From assembly GCF_004010195.1 (NCBI RefSeq), contig NC_057757.1, forward strand, positions 482,367 through 546,366: a stretch of 64,000 nucleotides of DNA, written 5' to 3'. Numbering within the stretch: the first letter of the stretch is position 1; each line of letters opens with the position of its first letter. The position numbers and the translations under genes were made by a program. Origin of the DNA: Chiloscyllium plagiosum. Its lineage: Eukaryota. The notes under the pieces are model-generated. The model had not been told where the DNA came from, did no database searches, and worked only from the letters and a program-made list of their open reading frames with translations. Shown in pieces: positions 13,870-25,720 of the stretch.

Positions 13870-14520
13870 TTAATCATTGGTGACATGTGAGCATCACCAG
13901 CAAGGCTAGCATTTATTGGCCATCCCTAATTGCCCTTGGTTCACTCACTTTGCTGTGGTTCTAGAGTCACATGTAGGATTGACTAGGAAAGGGCAGCAGA
14001 TTACCTTCCTTCACGGACATTAGTGAACCAATGGGTTTTCCAACAATCAATGATAATTTTGTGATCAACATTGCTGAGACTAGCTTTCAGTCCAGATATT
14101 TTATTCATTGAATTTAAGTTCTGCCAACTACTGTGCATTCCCAGAACAATGCCTAGTGGTATTATAGTTGGACTATTAATTCAGAGACTGAAGCCATGTT
14201 CTGGGGACCTGAGTTCAAATCCTGCCACGGCAGATAGTGGAATTTGAATTCAATAAAAATCTGGAATTTAAGAATCCATTGTTGATAGTTGGAAAAACCT
14301 ACCTGGTTCACTCATGTCCTTTAGGGGAGGACACTGTCTGCCCTACATGTGACTCCAGACCCACAGCGATGTGGTTGATTCTTAACTGCCCTCGAGGCAA
14401 CTAGGGATCGTCATTGAATGCTGGCTCACCCAGTGACACCCTCATCCCATGACTGAATAAAACAATGAACAAAATAGCCTCAGGTGTTTGAATTACAAGT
14501 TCAGTGACGTTACCATTACT
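13870..14520. mobile_element. Two copies of a tRNA-head SINE family, a plus copy (about 14150-14460) inside a minus copy
   Basis: Shared core ctggttcact..tgtcc..agggaagg...tacatgtgactccagaccca; other copies at about 40-370, 34830-35130, 49930-50230, 54370-54570 and 62820-63170. Confidence 0.7.
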
Positions 14521-16169
14521 ATGCTAGCCTGGCGCATTCCGAACAGGTAGGGACATAGATGGCTTTTATACCCACAACTCTCCAAGGTCTCTGCAATCAT
14601 CCAAATATAGTCTCTTGTTCAACTCGGATTTATAATGCCCTGTGACTGGAGGTTGTGTCTTCAGCAGTCCTAGCCCTGGCCTCTGGAATTAGCTCCCTAA
14701 ATCTCTCCACACCTTTCTCTTTTAAGTTGTTCACTTTGGCCAAACTTTTCGTCATCTGTCCTCCAATCACCTTTATGTGGCTCATAGTCAACGTTTGCCT
14801 GGTAATGCTTTTGGGAAGCAACGGCTTTCACAGATAAAAGAGTTATACAATGCAAGTTGTTGCAGTAAATGCTGTCAAAGTATAATTACCACTGAAGAGA
14901 ACATCTACAATTGATAGCTCACTAAGGCTACCTGGTGGTAGCATTCGAACAGTACAAAATCACATCATAGATGAGTTTACTACAACAGAGTCATGGATAA
15001 ATATTACCAAATCTCACTACAGAAAGTGCCAATAACTAGCCGAGAATGGGAATGGGAAGGGAAACAGTGACAGACTTTCTTCTTCATTACTTCAGTAAAA
15101 GTCTGCTTGTTGCACAGACAAGCAATGATCATGAAATTGTGCACATTTGTAATTCCATATGGTTGATCAGCTCACTAAACCCCTTCCCACATAAAGAATG
15201 AGATTATACAAGATTTATAAGCATTCAGTCTGATAGCATTGATGGAACTATATTCCAGAAAACATTTCAAATCACTAAGATAAATGCGTACTTGTAATGC
15301 CAGCAGTAAGTTAGGCCATGTGGCTCATCTGCTCTATGGCTGTTCCTGCTTCACATGAGCTTTGTCCCATCCCCTTTTCATTTACTGCTTTTTCCCTCAC
15401 ATGTCTTTATGCTATCCATCAAATACATATATATAATTTCCCTATATCGCACCCTATGGTAGTGAGTTCCTTATTCTCATCAGTTTCTCCCAAATTCCAT
15501 AATGGACTGAATGGAAAGAGAACCTGGGGCTTGAGGAAATAGACAAGAATTTTTTTAACACCATGAATTATTGTGATCTGGAATATGCCGTTTCAAATGG
15601 CAAGTACATTAAATAAGAACCTTCAAGAGTGAATGAGATACTCAAATTTGCAGAGCTGTGGAAGAAGAATAGGTGGAATCTGGTGAATCTAATTGGATAA
15701 CATTTTCAAGTGGTAGGAACTGGCACAGTAGGCCAAATGATTTCCTTTGGTGCAGTAAAATTCCATGACAGATAATTGAAGAAATATTTACTTCATTTGC
15801 CTCCTCCCTTAACTCCATAAGTTGCAGGTCAATCTTTATAAATTTCAATTTGGCATCTCACACAGCGAGGCATAACCTACTCACATAAATATGATGCACT
15901 GCCTTGATTCCTCGCTGTGACTTGCTTTCACTTTTGTTATTCATGGGGACATATACTGAGCTCACAGTGAATCACACTGACATACCCACTGTTGCTCCTC
16001 GGAGATTTGAAATATGTGACTCTTCTCCCCTACAGCTCAACGTGAGCAATGTCAGTGGTAGGGGATCTGACACCTTTGGTTTTAAGATCCACCATCCATT
16101 CCACAATATTGCCCTGGGCTTATTAAGGAGATTATAGAAGTGTGCGGTGCATTTATTGCGATCAAAGAA

Positions 16170-16700
16170 ATGGTCTCCCTCCTATCAGAAGGATGTTGTA
16201 AAACTTGAAAGGGTTCAGAAAAAAACTTACAAGGATGTTGCTGGAGTTGGAGTGCTTGAAATACAGGGAGAGGCTGAATAGGCTAAGGCTGCTTTGCCTG
16301 GAGTGTCAGAGGCTGAGGGTTGACCTTATAGAGGTTTATAAAAAATCATGAGGGGCATGGATAGGGTAAATAGACAACGTCTTTTCCCTCGGGTGGGGGG
16401 GACAGAATTAGAGGGCATAGGTTTAGGGTGAGAAGGGAAAAATTTTAAAAATACCTAATAGGCAAATTTTCACAGAGAGGGTGGTGCATGTATGATATGA
16501 GCTGCCAGAGGAAGTGGTGAAGGCTGGTGCAACTACAATATTTAAAAGGCATCTGGATGGGTTTATGGATAAGAAGGGTTTAGAGGGATATCGGCTAAGT
16601 GCTGAAATGGAACTAGATTAGTTTAGAAGATCTGGTCGGCATGAATGAGTTGGACCAAAAGGTCTGTTTCCATGCTATACATCTCTTTGATTTTATGACT
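16170..16700 (+). mobile_element. CR1/HER1 LINE 3' fragment
   Basis: Similar to 61930-62475 and 51600-52100. Confidence 0.85.
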
Positions 16701-16884
16701 CTAAACATAGCTACAGAACATGAGGTCATTCAGCCTGCCACATCTGTGCTCTCTCTCTGATAGAGCTATTCACCAAAGTGCCACAGCCCTAGTGTTTTTT
16801 GTTTACAAATAATATCCAATTCATTAATGAAAGCCTCAGCTGAACCCACCTTGACTACACTCTCAGACAAGGCATTCCAGATCC

Positions 16885-17325
16885 TGGTGATGAAGGGCTT
16901 GTTATTTGAGCAGCAGTTAAGGACTCTGCGCTTGTACTTGATAAGAGTTGAGAAAGATGAGGAAGAAATCTCATTACAACTTACAGAATCCTGAGAGGCC
17001 TACATAGAGTGGATGTGGAGAATTTGCTTCCATGAATAAGAAAGACTAAAACCTGCAGGCACAGCCTAAGTGAAGGGATGACCCTTCAGAAGTGAGAGGA
17101 GGAGGAATTTCTTCAGCCAGAGAGCAGTGAATCTGTGGAATTAATTGTCACAGAGGACTATGGAGACCAAGTCATTGAATGTCTTTCAGACAGAGATAGT
17201 TTTTTTTTATTAGTATGGGGATCAAGGCAGGAGAATGAGGTTGAGAAACATATCAACCATGATTGAATGCCAGAGAAGACTCAATGGATCAAATAACCAA
17301 ATGCTGCTCTTATGGTGTTATGGAT
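16885..17325 (+). mobile_element. Degenerate CR1 3' fragment
   Basis: ttcttcagccagagagcagtgaatctgtggaatt motif shared with the 10020-10540 family. Confidence 0.75.
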
Positions 17326-17414
17326 GGGCCAGGATCTTTCCCAGTTCACTGTTGTTCATATGTAATGCACCAATGAGGTACTACCTATTTCCCATGCCAG
17401 CTATCCTTTGAGAA

Positions 17415-17830
17415 AAGACCTGCATTTATACTATTCAGAATGTCCCAAAGTATTTCATAGGCAATGCAGTGCTTTTGAAGTCAGTTATAATGTATGAAAC
17501 ACTCCAGTCAAATGTTATGCATCCAAGCTACCACAGTCAACAGCATGATCTTGACTAGATACCCTACCTTTAGTAATGTTGTTTTAGAGATAAATACTGA
17601 ACAGGACAATGGGGGAGAACTCAATGCTCTTCATTGAAACAGCACTTTGATATCTTTTGCATTTACTGGGCCCCCAGTTTAACAACTCATTCAAAAGTCA
17701 ACACTTCTAACTGTACAGCACTCCCTCAGTGTTGACCCTGGGAGCCTCTAGGATGAGAGATAAGAAACTTTTGCACACTGTATGGACCTGGTATTTGTCA
17801 CATGAATCCTCAGTTTGAAAATAGAATATC
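17415..17830 (-). mobile_element. DeuSINE-like element with a single, unexpanded 33-bp unit (about 17705-17740)
   Basis: Reverse-complement tail and Deu domain; only one cagcactccctcagtgttgaccct unit. Confidence 0.65.
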
Positions 17831-17949
17831 TGTGTAAGGAGGCAGGCAGGAAGTGAAATTCTCAGGTGCTTTGTTGCATGTTTGATTGAATTTGTGCACA
17901 ATTTAAATGCTGCACATTGAGTACAAGTTTTGATTGCACTAGAAAAATC

Positions 17950-17955
17950 TTTATT
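17950..17955 (-). terminator. Candidate polyadenylation signal of AUNIP (AATAAA)
   Basis: First AATAAA on the minus strand, about 87 nt after the stop codon. Confidence 0.5.
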
Positions 17956-18041
17956 CTTTATAACATCTTTAACTTGCCTACAGAACACAAGGGAGAAAGC
18001 CGACAATCAAAGAAATAAAATAGCAGTCAATACATCCATCT

Positions 18042-19210
18042 TTAACAATGTTTGATCACTGCATAGCCTTCAGAATCTTGTGTAAACAGCAAATCTGCTT
18101 GTGGACAGACTGTGTCATCATATTTCAACTGTGCTATGCTGGATGATTCACACCAGAGGCCTGAATGATGCAGTTTCTCTTTCAGAGGAACATTATAGCA
18201 TATGCCGCCATTGACGCCCAATGGAAGGTTCCGATTGTTGGTAATGACCACTCCATGCCTGCTGTCTGTGCGCCGGTGAGAGATAACTCTGTTTCCCTGG
18301 GAGTCTTGGCTGAACAGGAGTGACAGCACACTCTGATCACTGCATGCTGTTTTGGGCTGTTGAAAAACCTCAGTACCTTGGGGTACATTCCAATGGTGCA
18401 GAAATGAGTTGGCTCCTGGTGATAGCGAAGGTCTTTCCAAAGATGCTAGATTAAAGTTCAACATGGGCCCAAAGACATTTTCTTTGTTCTCTGAAAATAC
18501 ATCTCTGAAACAATCTGAATTTAATTTCTTAGGCAAGTGTGCCACTTCTTGCCTTTTCGATAACTTTTGTCTGTTCACATTTTGTTGTGTGGAAGTAAGC
18601 TTGCCAAGTAACCCTGTTTCGAAACTCTGCATGCTCAGGATTTCTGACGCAGCGGCAGGTAAGTCAGTGGACTTCCCATCGGGAACAGGCATTCCCTTAT
18701 ATGATGTGTAATTCATGGCTGGTGATCTGGTTACCTTCCTGTGCGAGATAACTCTATTTCCTTGTGAGTCTTGAGTGAAATCCAGCTGAGTAAAATCATC
18801 AGGAGGCTCACTCGGAGTGGCAACAGATGCACATGTTACTCCTGCAGTACCATGTGCAGATGGTAGCTCATACTCAACAATATTGATGTTGGCACCACCC
18901 TTAAGACAGGAATGTTCTCTTTCCTTGAACATCTGGTGAGCCTGCTTATTTAGAATGTGGGTAGTGTTGCCATGTGTAGTTCCACAAAGAGGCACTCTCT
19001 CCTCTGAGCTGCAGTGGACAGCTCTTAAGATTGACGGCAACCTCTCCTCGTGGCCCACAGGAGTGGAGTAGCCAAAGTTGTCTCTGCAGAAATCATTGTC
19101 AGTGATCAGCTCAGGCTGATCTGTGTATGTTTCCTTTTCAGTGACAGAATTTGGGGAGGCAGCACCCACAGCACTCAGGATTGATATGCGTGTGGGGTCT
19201 GCAAGTTTAC
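18042..19210 (-). CDS. AUNIP: AUNIP terminal coding exon
   Basis: ttcttcacag acceptor in phase 1, in frame with the 375-aa ORF 18042..19169. Ends DLLFTQDSEGYAVIKHC*, like the AUNIP C-terminus LLFTQDSEGNQVIRH. Spliced CDS is 467 aa. Confidence 0.92.
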
Positions 19211-19751
19211 CTGTGAAGAATAAATGATAAAGAGAAACTGGGATATTTATCAGTATTATTGATCATTACAATTGTCACTCCTCACTGTCCAATCACTGAA
19301 TTTATAAAATATAGCTACAGTGAATTTACAATACAGGAACAAGGTATTCACTTCCTCTGCTCTGTGCTGGTAATTCATGAGCCTCATCTCATCCCCATCT
19401 AAATTTAAGCCTATCAATATATTCTCCATGATTTGCTAATCCAGCTTCCCTTTCAACGTGTCAATACTATTCATCTCCACCTGTATTCTCACAAGCCACT
19501 AGAATTTCCTTTTAAAATTCTAATTACATTAACCCTGGAATCCTGCACAGAACTTGGTCCGACTTACACATAACGGTTCTCATTTTGCAAATGCAGCCAT
19601 AGGCTTACCTTGATGAGGAACACTGCAGATAGCTTCTACCTGACCTCCCACCAGAAAACCAACCAGTATTGAGTTTTTTTTTTAAACTGTGTGCAGATCC
19701 CAAGCTGACTACAAAGGAACACCACAGGAAATCAACTAATTATTAAAAGAA

Positions 19752-19936
19752 TTGTGGATGCTGGAGGTGTGAAACAAAAACAGAAAGAGCTAGATGAACT
19801 CAGCACACCTGCAGCATTTGTGGGGGAAAAAAAGCAGAGTCTGGTGACTCGTCATCAGAACTGATCTGATGTTCTGATGAAGAGTCACTGAATTAAAAAT
19901 ATTAGTTCTGCTTTCTGCCCAGAGTTTCTGCAGCAT
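19752..19936. mobile_element. Fold-back Penelope-derived repeat in AUNIP intron
   Basis: Inverted arms; central hairpin 19844-19888 with CTGATGA on both strands. Confidence 0.6.
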
Positions 19937-21196
19937 AATTTTGGTTACTGTAATTTATTTTAATTGTTTTCTGCTAATTCAGGCCAGACTAGGTGCTAAG
20001 GGATGCATTAGAAGCTTGGGGTGCCGCTGCAGAGATTCAATGGAGAAAGGTCACTTGTTTGAGGCCCTTCCATCATAGTACATCATGGAGTTGGTAACTG
20101 TGTAAAGCTCCCTCATGCTGTATGCTTGCTGTAGGTGAACAGAAGCTGTAATCGTAAGTGTGTTGCCACATACTGTGCTGAGACAAACTGACCTGCTTTG
20201 CACTTTATATAAAGTTGACTTGGGTATAAAATGTACTTTTACACATTTTATGAACAGCGCATATTTTTAGAAAAACAAAGCTTATTTGCTGGTTCAAACA
20301 GGCACTTAATACTTCGCTTCCAAACATCCCATCATTTCCTACACTTGCAAAGCAGAAAGAGAATCTGGTAACTAGGAATGACTCAGATGGTTCTGAGAAG
20401 TCATTTTGACATTTGCTAGTTGCCAAGGTGGAGTGGTTACATATTATTATTTGTGAAGTAAGCACTTCCACCCTATTGCCACCTTTTAAAACAAATCATA
20501 AAAGAACATAACAGTGTGTACCTTAAAATAAAAATCAAACACAAACATCATTGATTCAATGGGGATTGTTCTGCCTGGAGCAGAAGATTAAGGCAATATT
20601 CAATTCACAATTGAGGGGTTTTGATAGAATAATTAAGGAGAACCTTTCCAGTGTTGGGAACTAGAGTGATACTGATTGACAAAGGAAGATTAAGAGAAGT
20701 TATTTTACTCAATGAGTCATTGTGATCTAGAACACAGTGCCCAAATGGCCAGTGGAAGCAGATTTTATAGGAGCTTTCAAAAAGGAATTGGATAAATACT
20801 TGAAGGAGAAAACAACTTTTGATGCAGGTGACATGGGATTAATTGGACAATTCTTTCAAAGAGCCAGAATGGGCACAATGGGACGAATGTCTTCATTCTG
20901 TGCTGTATCATTCTAATGATGAGGCTGATCTAACAAGATCTCAAAAGAGTCATTTTGACCTTGAAACAGTAACTTTTGTTTTCTTTCTAAAGATGCTGCC
21001 AGACCTACTTAGATTCTGTTGAACCCCTTAGTCTCTTGTACCACAATCTCTACTGGATAACTTTCTCACAGTATATACTATAGGGTCCATGAGGGACTGC
21101 TCAGACTCCACAAACTCAGCATTGTTGAATTTGATTCAAATTTATGTTAGTCCCCACAGCTATCTCAATGACACATAGCAAAGTAGGTTTTCATAC

Positions 21197-21341
21197 CTTT
21201 AGCCTTTGGAAAGAAGAAGGAAGAGACTGTTGTCTGTTTTATGCACTGCTGAGGAGCCCTTGTCTGAGTGAAATTTAGAGCAACCTCGGCAGTGTGATTC
21301 CTTCTGGACAGCGGATTCAGCAGCTTTGAAATGGAATGGGA
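21197..21341 (-). CDS. AUNIP: AUNIP coding exon 2 (SHSISKLLNPLSRRNHTAEVALNFTQTRAPQQCIKQTTVSSFFFPKAK)
   Basis: 145 nt, tttcttttcag acceptor and AAG|gtatga donor, phase 0 to phase 1. Resembles human FTQRRAP...QRSIASFF. Confidence 0.9.
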
Positions 21342-21825
21342 CTGAAAAGAAATTTAAAAATAAAACAAGTTAGGAATAACTTGTCACCAGCGCAAACTGA
21401 AAAAATAATATCATTTACATATATCACTGCGTAGGCCTCAGGTAGAGTATTGTGGCTAATTCATGTCACCAGATTTCACAGGAAATTTGAGTAGTAGGCC
21501 ATTTGGCCCCTCAATCCAGCTCTGCCATTCAACTAGATCATGGCTAATCTTCTATCTCAATGCCATTTTTCCACATTATCCCTAAATTCCTTAATCTATT
21601 AACTTCTGCCTCAAATGCACTCAATGACTGGGCCTCCACAGTCCTCTGTGGTAGAGAATTCCACAGGTTCATCACCATCTGCATGAAGAGAATCCCTTCT
21701 GCTCCTATCTTAGCACCAACTGGCTGACCAGCAAAAAAGGTAAAGATCTTAAAAAAAAAAGCTATCAGGTGAGAAAGTTTATAGCCTTAAAACTTGTCCT
21801 TAAACAAAGTTAAAAATCACACAAC

Positions 21826-21940
21826 ACCAGGTTATAGTCCAACAGGTTTATTTGGAAGCACTAGCTTTCTGAGTGCTGCTCCTTCATCAGGTAGTTGTGG
21901 TTCTCCACAACCCAATCCAACACTGACATCTCCAAATCAT
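21826..21940 (-). mobile_element. Second Penelope-like terminal-repeat family with hammerhead-like core
   Basis: Minus strand CTGATGA(21890-21884)-aggagcagcactca-GAAA-gctagtgc; sister copy at 55490-55635. Confidence 0.55.
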
Positions 21941-23065
21941 GCCCTTAACCATTTAGACTAAAATGTAATTGAATTATAGAACACATTTACTGCACACTAG
22001 AAAATAGACAGGCAGAGAGGGTAAGATTATTAAGAATATTTGCCTTAACATCAGTGAATCTATACAAACAGGACACCGAGTGATAACATTCACGGCTGTT
22101 CCTTTTTGAAATTAATAAATAATGTTTAATTCTGACCTCGGAATAAAACTCGGTATCAATTACCTTCTCTCCCGAATTATTGTCCTTCGCTATTATCTAT
22201 CTAGTTCAAAACATGCAGTGCTTTCATTAACTTTTGTGTTTGTGACAGTACCGCCTTTGTAAACTTGTGTATAAAAATAGTCTGTAATAGTATAATGGAG
22301 TAGCCGGCCAGTACTCTTGAAAGAACAGTGATTCCTACTCACCTGGGTTAATAGAATCCAGTAAGCTTGACTTATAGGTATCAGTGTTATGTTGTAACAG
22401 AGATGCTATTAATGAAGGGGATAATTAAAATTAAACTAAACTGTAAGAGTTTTTTTATTCCAGACTTCCAAAGAGTACAATCTCGGGGAAAAACCGTGAG
22501 AGGGATTCCCTGAGCCTTCTCAAATGTGTACCTTAACACAGGGACAAGAGACTTCAGTTAAGAGGAAAGGTTGGAAAAATTCAGATTATTCTCCTTGGAG
22601 CAACGGTTGGGAGGTGAAAGCAAGATGATGATGAGATGCTCTGATAGAGAAAGAAAAAGATATTTTCTTAGGTGATAACACATTCAAAAGCATGAGAAGA
22701 AAATTTGGAATTTGCACATTCTCCTCGTGTCTATATGGGTTTCTGCCGGGTGCTCCAGTTTCCTCCCAGAGTCGAAAGATGTGCAGATGATAGATGCAGG
22801 GTTGCGTGGCGGGCTGGGTGTGGGTGGGATGCTCTTTGGAGGGTCAATGCAAACTCGATGGGCTGAATGGTCTCTTTCTATGAGGATCTAGTGAGAGGTA
22901 AGGAGAAATTGTTTCACAAAAAGGAGTTGTCGGATTTGGAAGATCATTCCATAAATATTTCTAAAAAGTATGCATTTGTGGATGAAGAACTTCCCAAGAT
23001 TATGGACAAAACGCAGGGGGTGTGATACTAAACACAACTGCTCCCTTAAAAAGATAAAATAAAAC

Positions 23066-23512
23066 ACTGCAGATGCTGGAAATCTGAAATTAAAAACAGA
23101 AATAGCTGGAGAAACATTAGAGTTAACATTTCGAGTCTACTCACCCTTCTTCACAACTGTGTTCTGAAGAAAGATATAAAAGAGACCTAAGGGGCAACTT
23201 TTTCACGCAGAGGGTGGTACTTGTATGGAATGAGCTGCCAGAGGGAGTGGTGGTGGCTGGTACAATTGCAACATTTAAAAGGCATTTGGATGGATATATG
23301 AATAGGAAAAGTTTGGAGGGCTTTGGGCCAGGTACTGGCAGGTAAGACTAGATTGGGTTGGGATATCTGGTCGGCATGGACGGGTTGGACCAAAGAGTCT
23401 GTTTCCATGCTATAAATCTCTATGACTGGACGCGAAACGTTAACTGTTTCTCTCTCTCCACAGATGTTGTCAGACCTGTTGAGTTTCTCCAGCAATTTCT
23501 GTTTCTGATTTC
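23066..23512. mobile_element. Fold-back Penelope-derived repeat interrupted by a CR1 3' end (about 23170-23425)
   Basis: Inverted arms (gctggagaaac / gtttctccagc). The CR1 tail lies between CTGAAGA (23164) and GAAAC (23434). Confidence 0.7.
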
Positions 23513-24425
23513 TCAAAAGAGACTACTCAAGCACGGATAACCAAATAGTGTTCTTCTGCAATGTAGTTTGCTATGACTGGAATGGAGAAGCTTCGACTTT
23601 GAGCTGACCAGTCAGGAATATTTCCTGTGTTCTGTCTGTAGCGTCTTCCTGAATGTACAGAAACTAGAAATAAGTAAACTAAAATAGAACAGGATCACTC
23701 ATCCAACTTATATAGCTATGAATAAGCAGCTCATGCCTTGACTCTGAAACGGGGATAATTTATGGTGTTGCTAGGTGCAGAGCAAGTACCTCCTCAGTCA
23801 ATTTTATAGAGAATGAGTTGCTGAATAATTAGAAGATCAGTTACACATTACAGGCACCCTACTGATTGGTGACAACATGCAGTCATATAGTGTCTTTAAC
23901 ATTGTTAAATGTTCTAAGATACTTTACTGGAGCGATTCTCAGACATCAATTTGAAATTGCACAACACAGAACAGTACATGACAGAAACGGCCATTTATGA
24001 CGCCAGATTAAACTAATCCCTTCACTCTGCCCTTTTCCACCACTCCTGCCAGCACCAAACAGACTCCTACCACATTGTGTAAAAACACTTGCCCCTCACA
24101 TCCTTCTTTGAACTTTCCCCATCTTGCCTTAAACACATGGCCCCTAGTATTAGCTATTTCAACTCTTGGAAAAAGATGCTGACCATCAACTCTATGCATC
24201 ACATGATTTATTGACTTCTTTCCCCTCAGTCTCCAGAGAAAACAACCAGAGTTTTTCTAGCGTCTCCTTATAGCCCACACCTTCTAATCCTGGCAGCTTC
24301 CTGGTAAACGTTTCTGCACCTGCTCCAAATCCTCCATGTGTGGAGATAATCATTGATAAACGGGGAGAAAAACATGATTTGTGTTATGAGATTTTGAAGA
24401 TGATGCCAACCCCAAAAATACAAAC

Positions 24426-24515
24426 CTCCACTTTCTTCCTCTTTAGCTCCCTTGTGTCCAACCAAATGTCACATTCCTCGACCTTTGGGTTTCCAGACTT
24501 CTTTTTGCGTTTCAT
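24426..24515 (-). CDS. AUNIP: AUNIP coding exon 1 (MKRKKKSGNPKVEECDIWLDTRELKRKKVE)
   Basis: Manual translation resembles the AUNIP N-terminus (human EEACGVWLDAAALKRRKVQ). ATG at 24515, GAG|gtttgt donor (phase 0). Upstream acceptor ttttgtttcag at 24550-24551, so the exon includes 5'UTR to 24549. Confidence 0.9.
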
Positions 24516-25429
24516 GGGTGATCAAGAATGTCTGTTGACGGAAGGCAGGCTGAAACAAAATTCACAAATAAGACGCATTATACCATGCAATACACAATAA
24601 TCATTTTGGTCTCTGTTTCTGGGAAGCAGATCACCAACATCGCACCCGTTCAACTATGGGCACCATTATCCCCCAACATCGCACACATTAAACAGGCAGG
24701 ATAAAGGGGGCTTTATTGGAGTCCAGGGTTGAGGGGGGTAAAACAGCACATGGATGGGGGTGGGCAATGTAGGGATGCAAAGGCAGGAGATGGGGTGGGA
24801 ATTGGGGGGGGGGTTACTTTTTGGGGGATGGAGGGGCGCTGAGGTGTTGGAGGAGACGTGGAGTGAAATCCAAAAAAAAGACTTGCAATTCAACACCTCT
24901 TTGGGTCATCCCATTTGTGAATGCAGCCTACATGAGGCAGTGGCCAATTTGAGCACAGCAAGATCCCACAGTCAGTAGCATTGCAAGGGTGGCGGGGGTA
25001 CACAGCATTTTTTTTTTGTTTCCATAATTAGCGACGTTGATAGAACGTAGGAGCTAAGGCTCGGTTTCCAAGCCCCTTGTCCAAGCAGGGAAGGAGACGT
25101 TTGAAGAGGAGAGTGGAACCCCGTGATGGTTATTTTCCTTGGTTGATCAGTCCAGCAAAGACGGTGCAACTATTGAGGGCGACGGGGCGCGGATCGAAAG
25201 GGGGAAACCGCCCCCAAAGCACCCGATTACTCTAAAAATGTGGTGGTGGTGCGCATTGGATAGATGGGTGGGGCTAGTACAGGGCAGAAGGGCCGAATGG
25301 CTTTGCCCCCGCGCCGCTGAGACGATTGTGTCGACTGCTCAAACAAAACAATTCAGATTCATGCTGGCGGAAGGGGTTTGGATTTGGGGGAAACAAAAAT
25401 CACCTGAAATTAAAAATATAAACACGTTA

Positions 25430-25720
25430 TTATCTAACACGGCTCGATCCCAAGCTGGAAATTCTGAGGTAAAAGTCGCTCCGCAGAGTTCCCCCGAGGA
25501 GGGGGGGGAGTCTCCTGAAGCGGGTTTGAGTTTGGTTTTCTCGAATAAAAAAAGTTAGAAACCGTCCGACAATCTCGCGCTCGGCTTTCCCGCCCTGCGC
25601 GCGCACTCCCACCTGCCACTGGGAATGGCTGCGTGCGCACACCCCCGGCTCGGGAAAGCCTGCGCGCGCGCCCCCTCGGCCCAGGGAAAGCCTGCGTGCG
25701 CGCCTCCTCACCTCAGGGAG
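25430..25720 (-). promoter_or_regulatory. CpG-rich promoter / non-coding first exon region of AUNIP
   Basis: Most CpG-dense unique segment of the window, about 1 kb upstream of the first coding exon. TTTCCCGC (E2F consensus) at 25586-25593 and several GCGYGCGC (NRF1-like) motifs. Confidence 0.7.

Noticed and set aside
25139..25711. ORFs of 93-139 aa over the CpG region as a divergent gene
   Set aside because: No recognisable homology; explained by GC-rich promoter sequence plus a SINE/LINE tail fragment.
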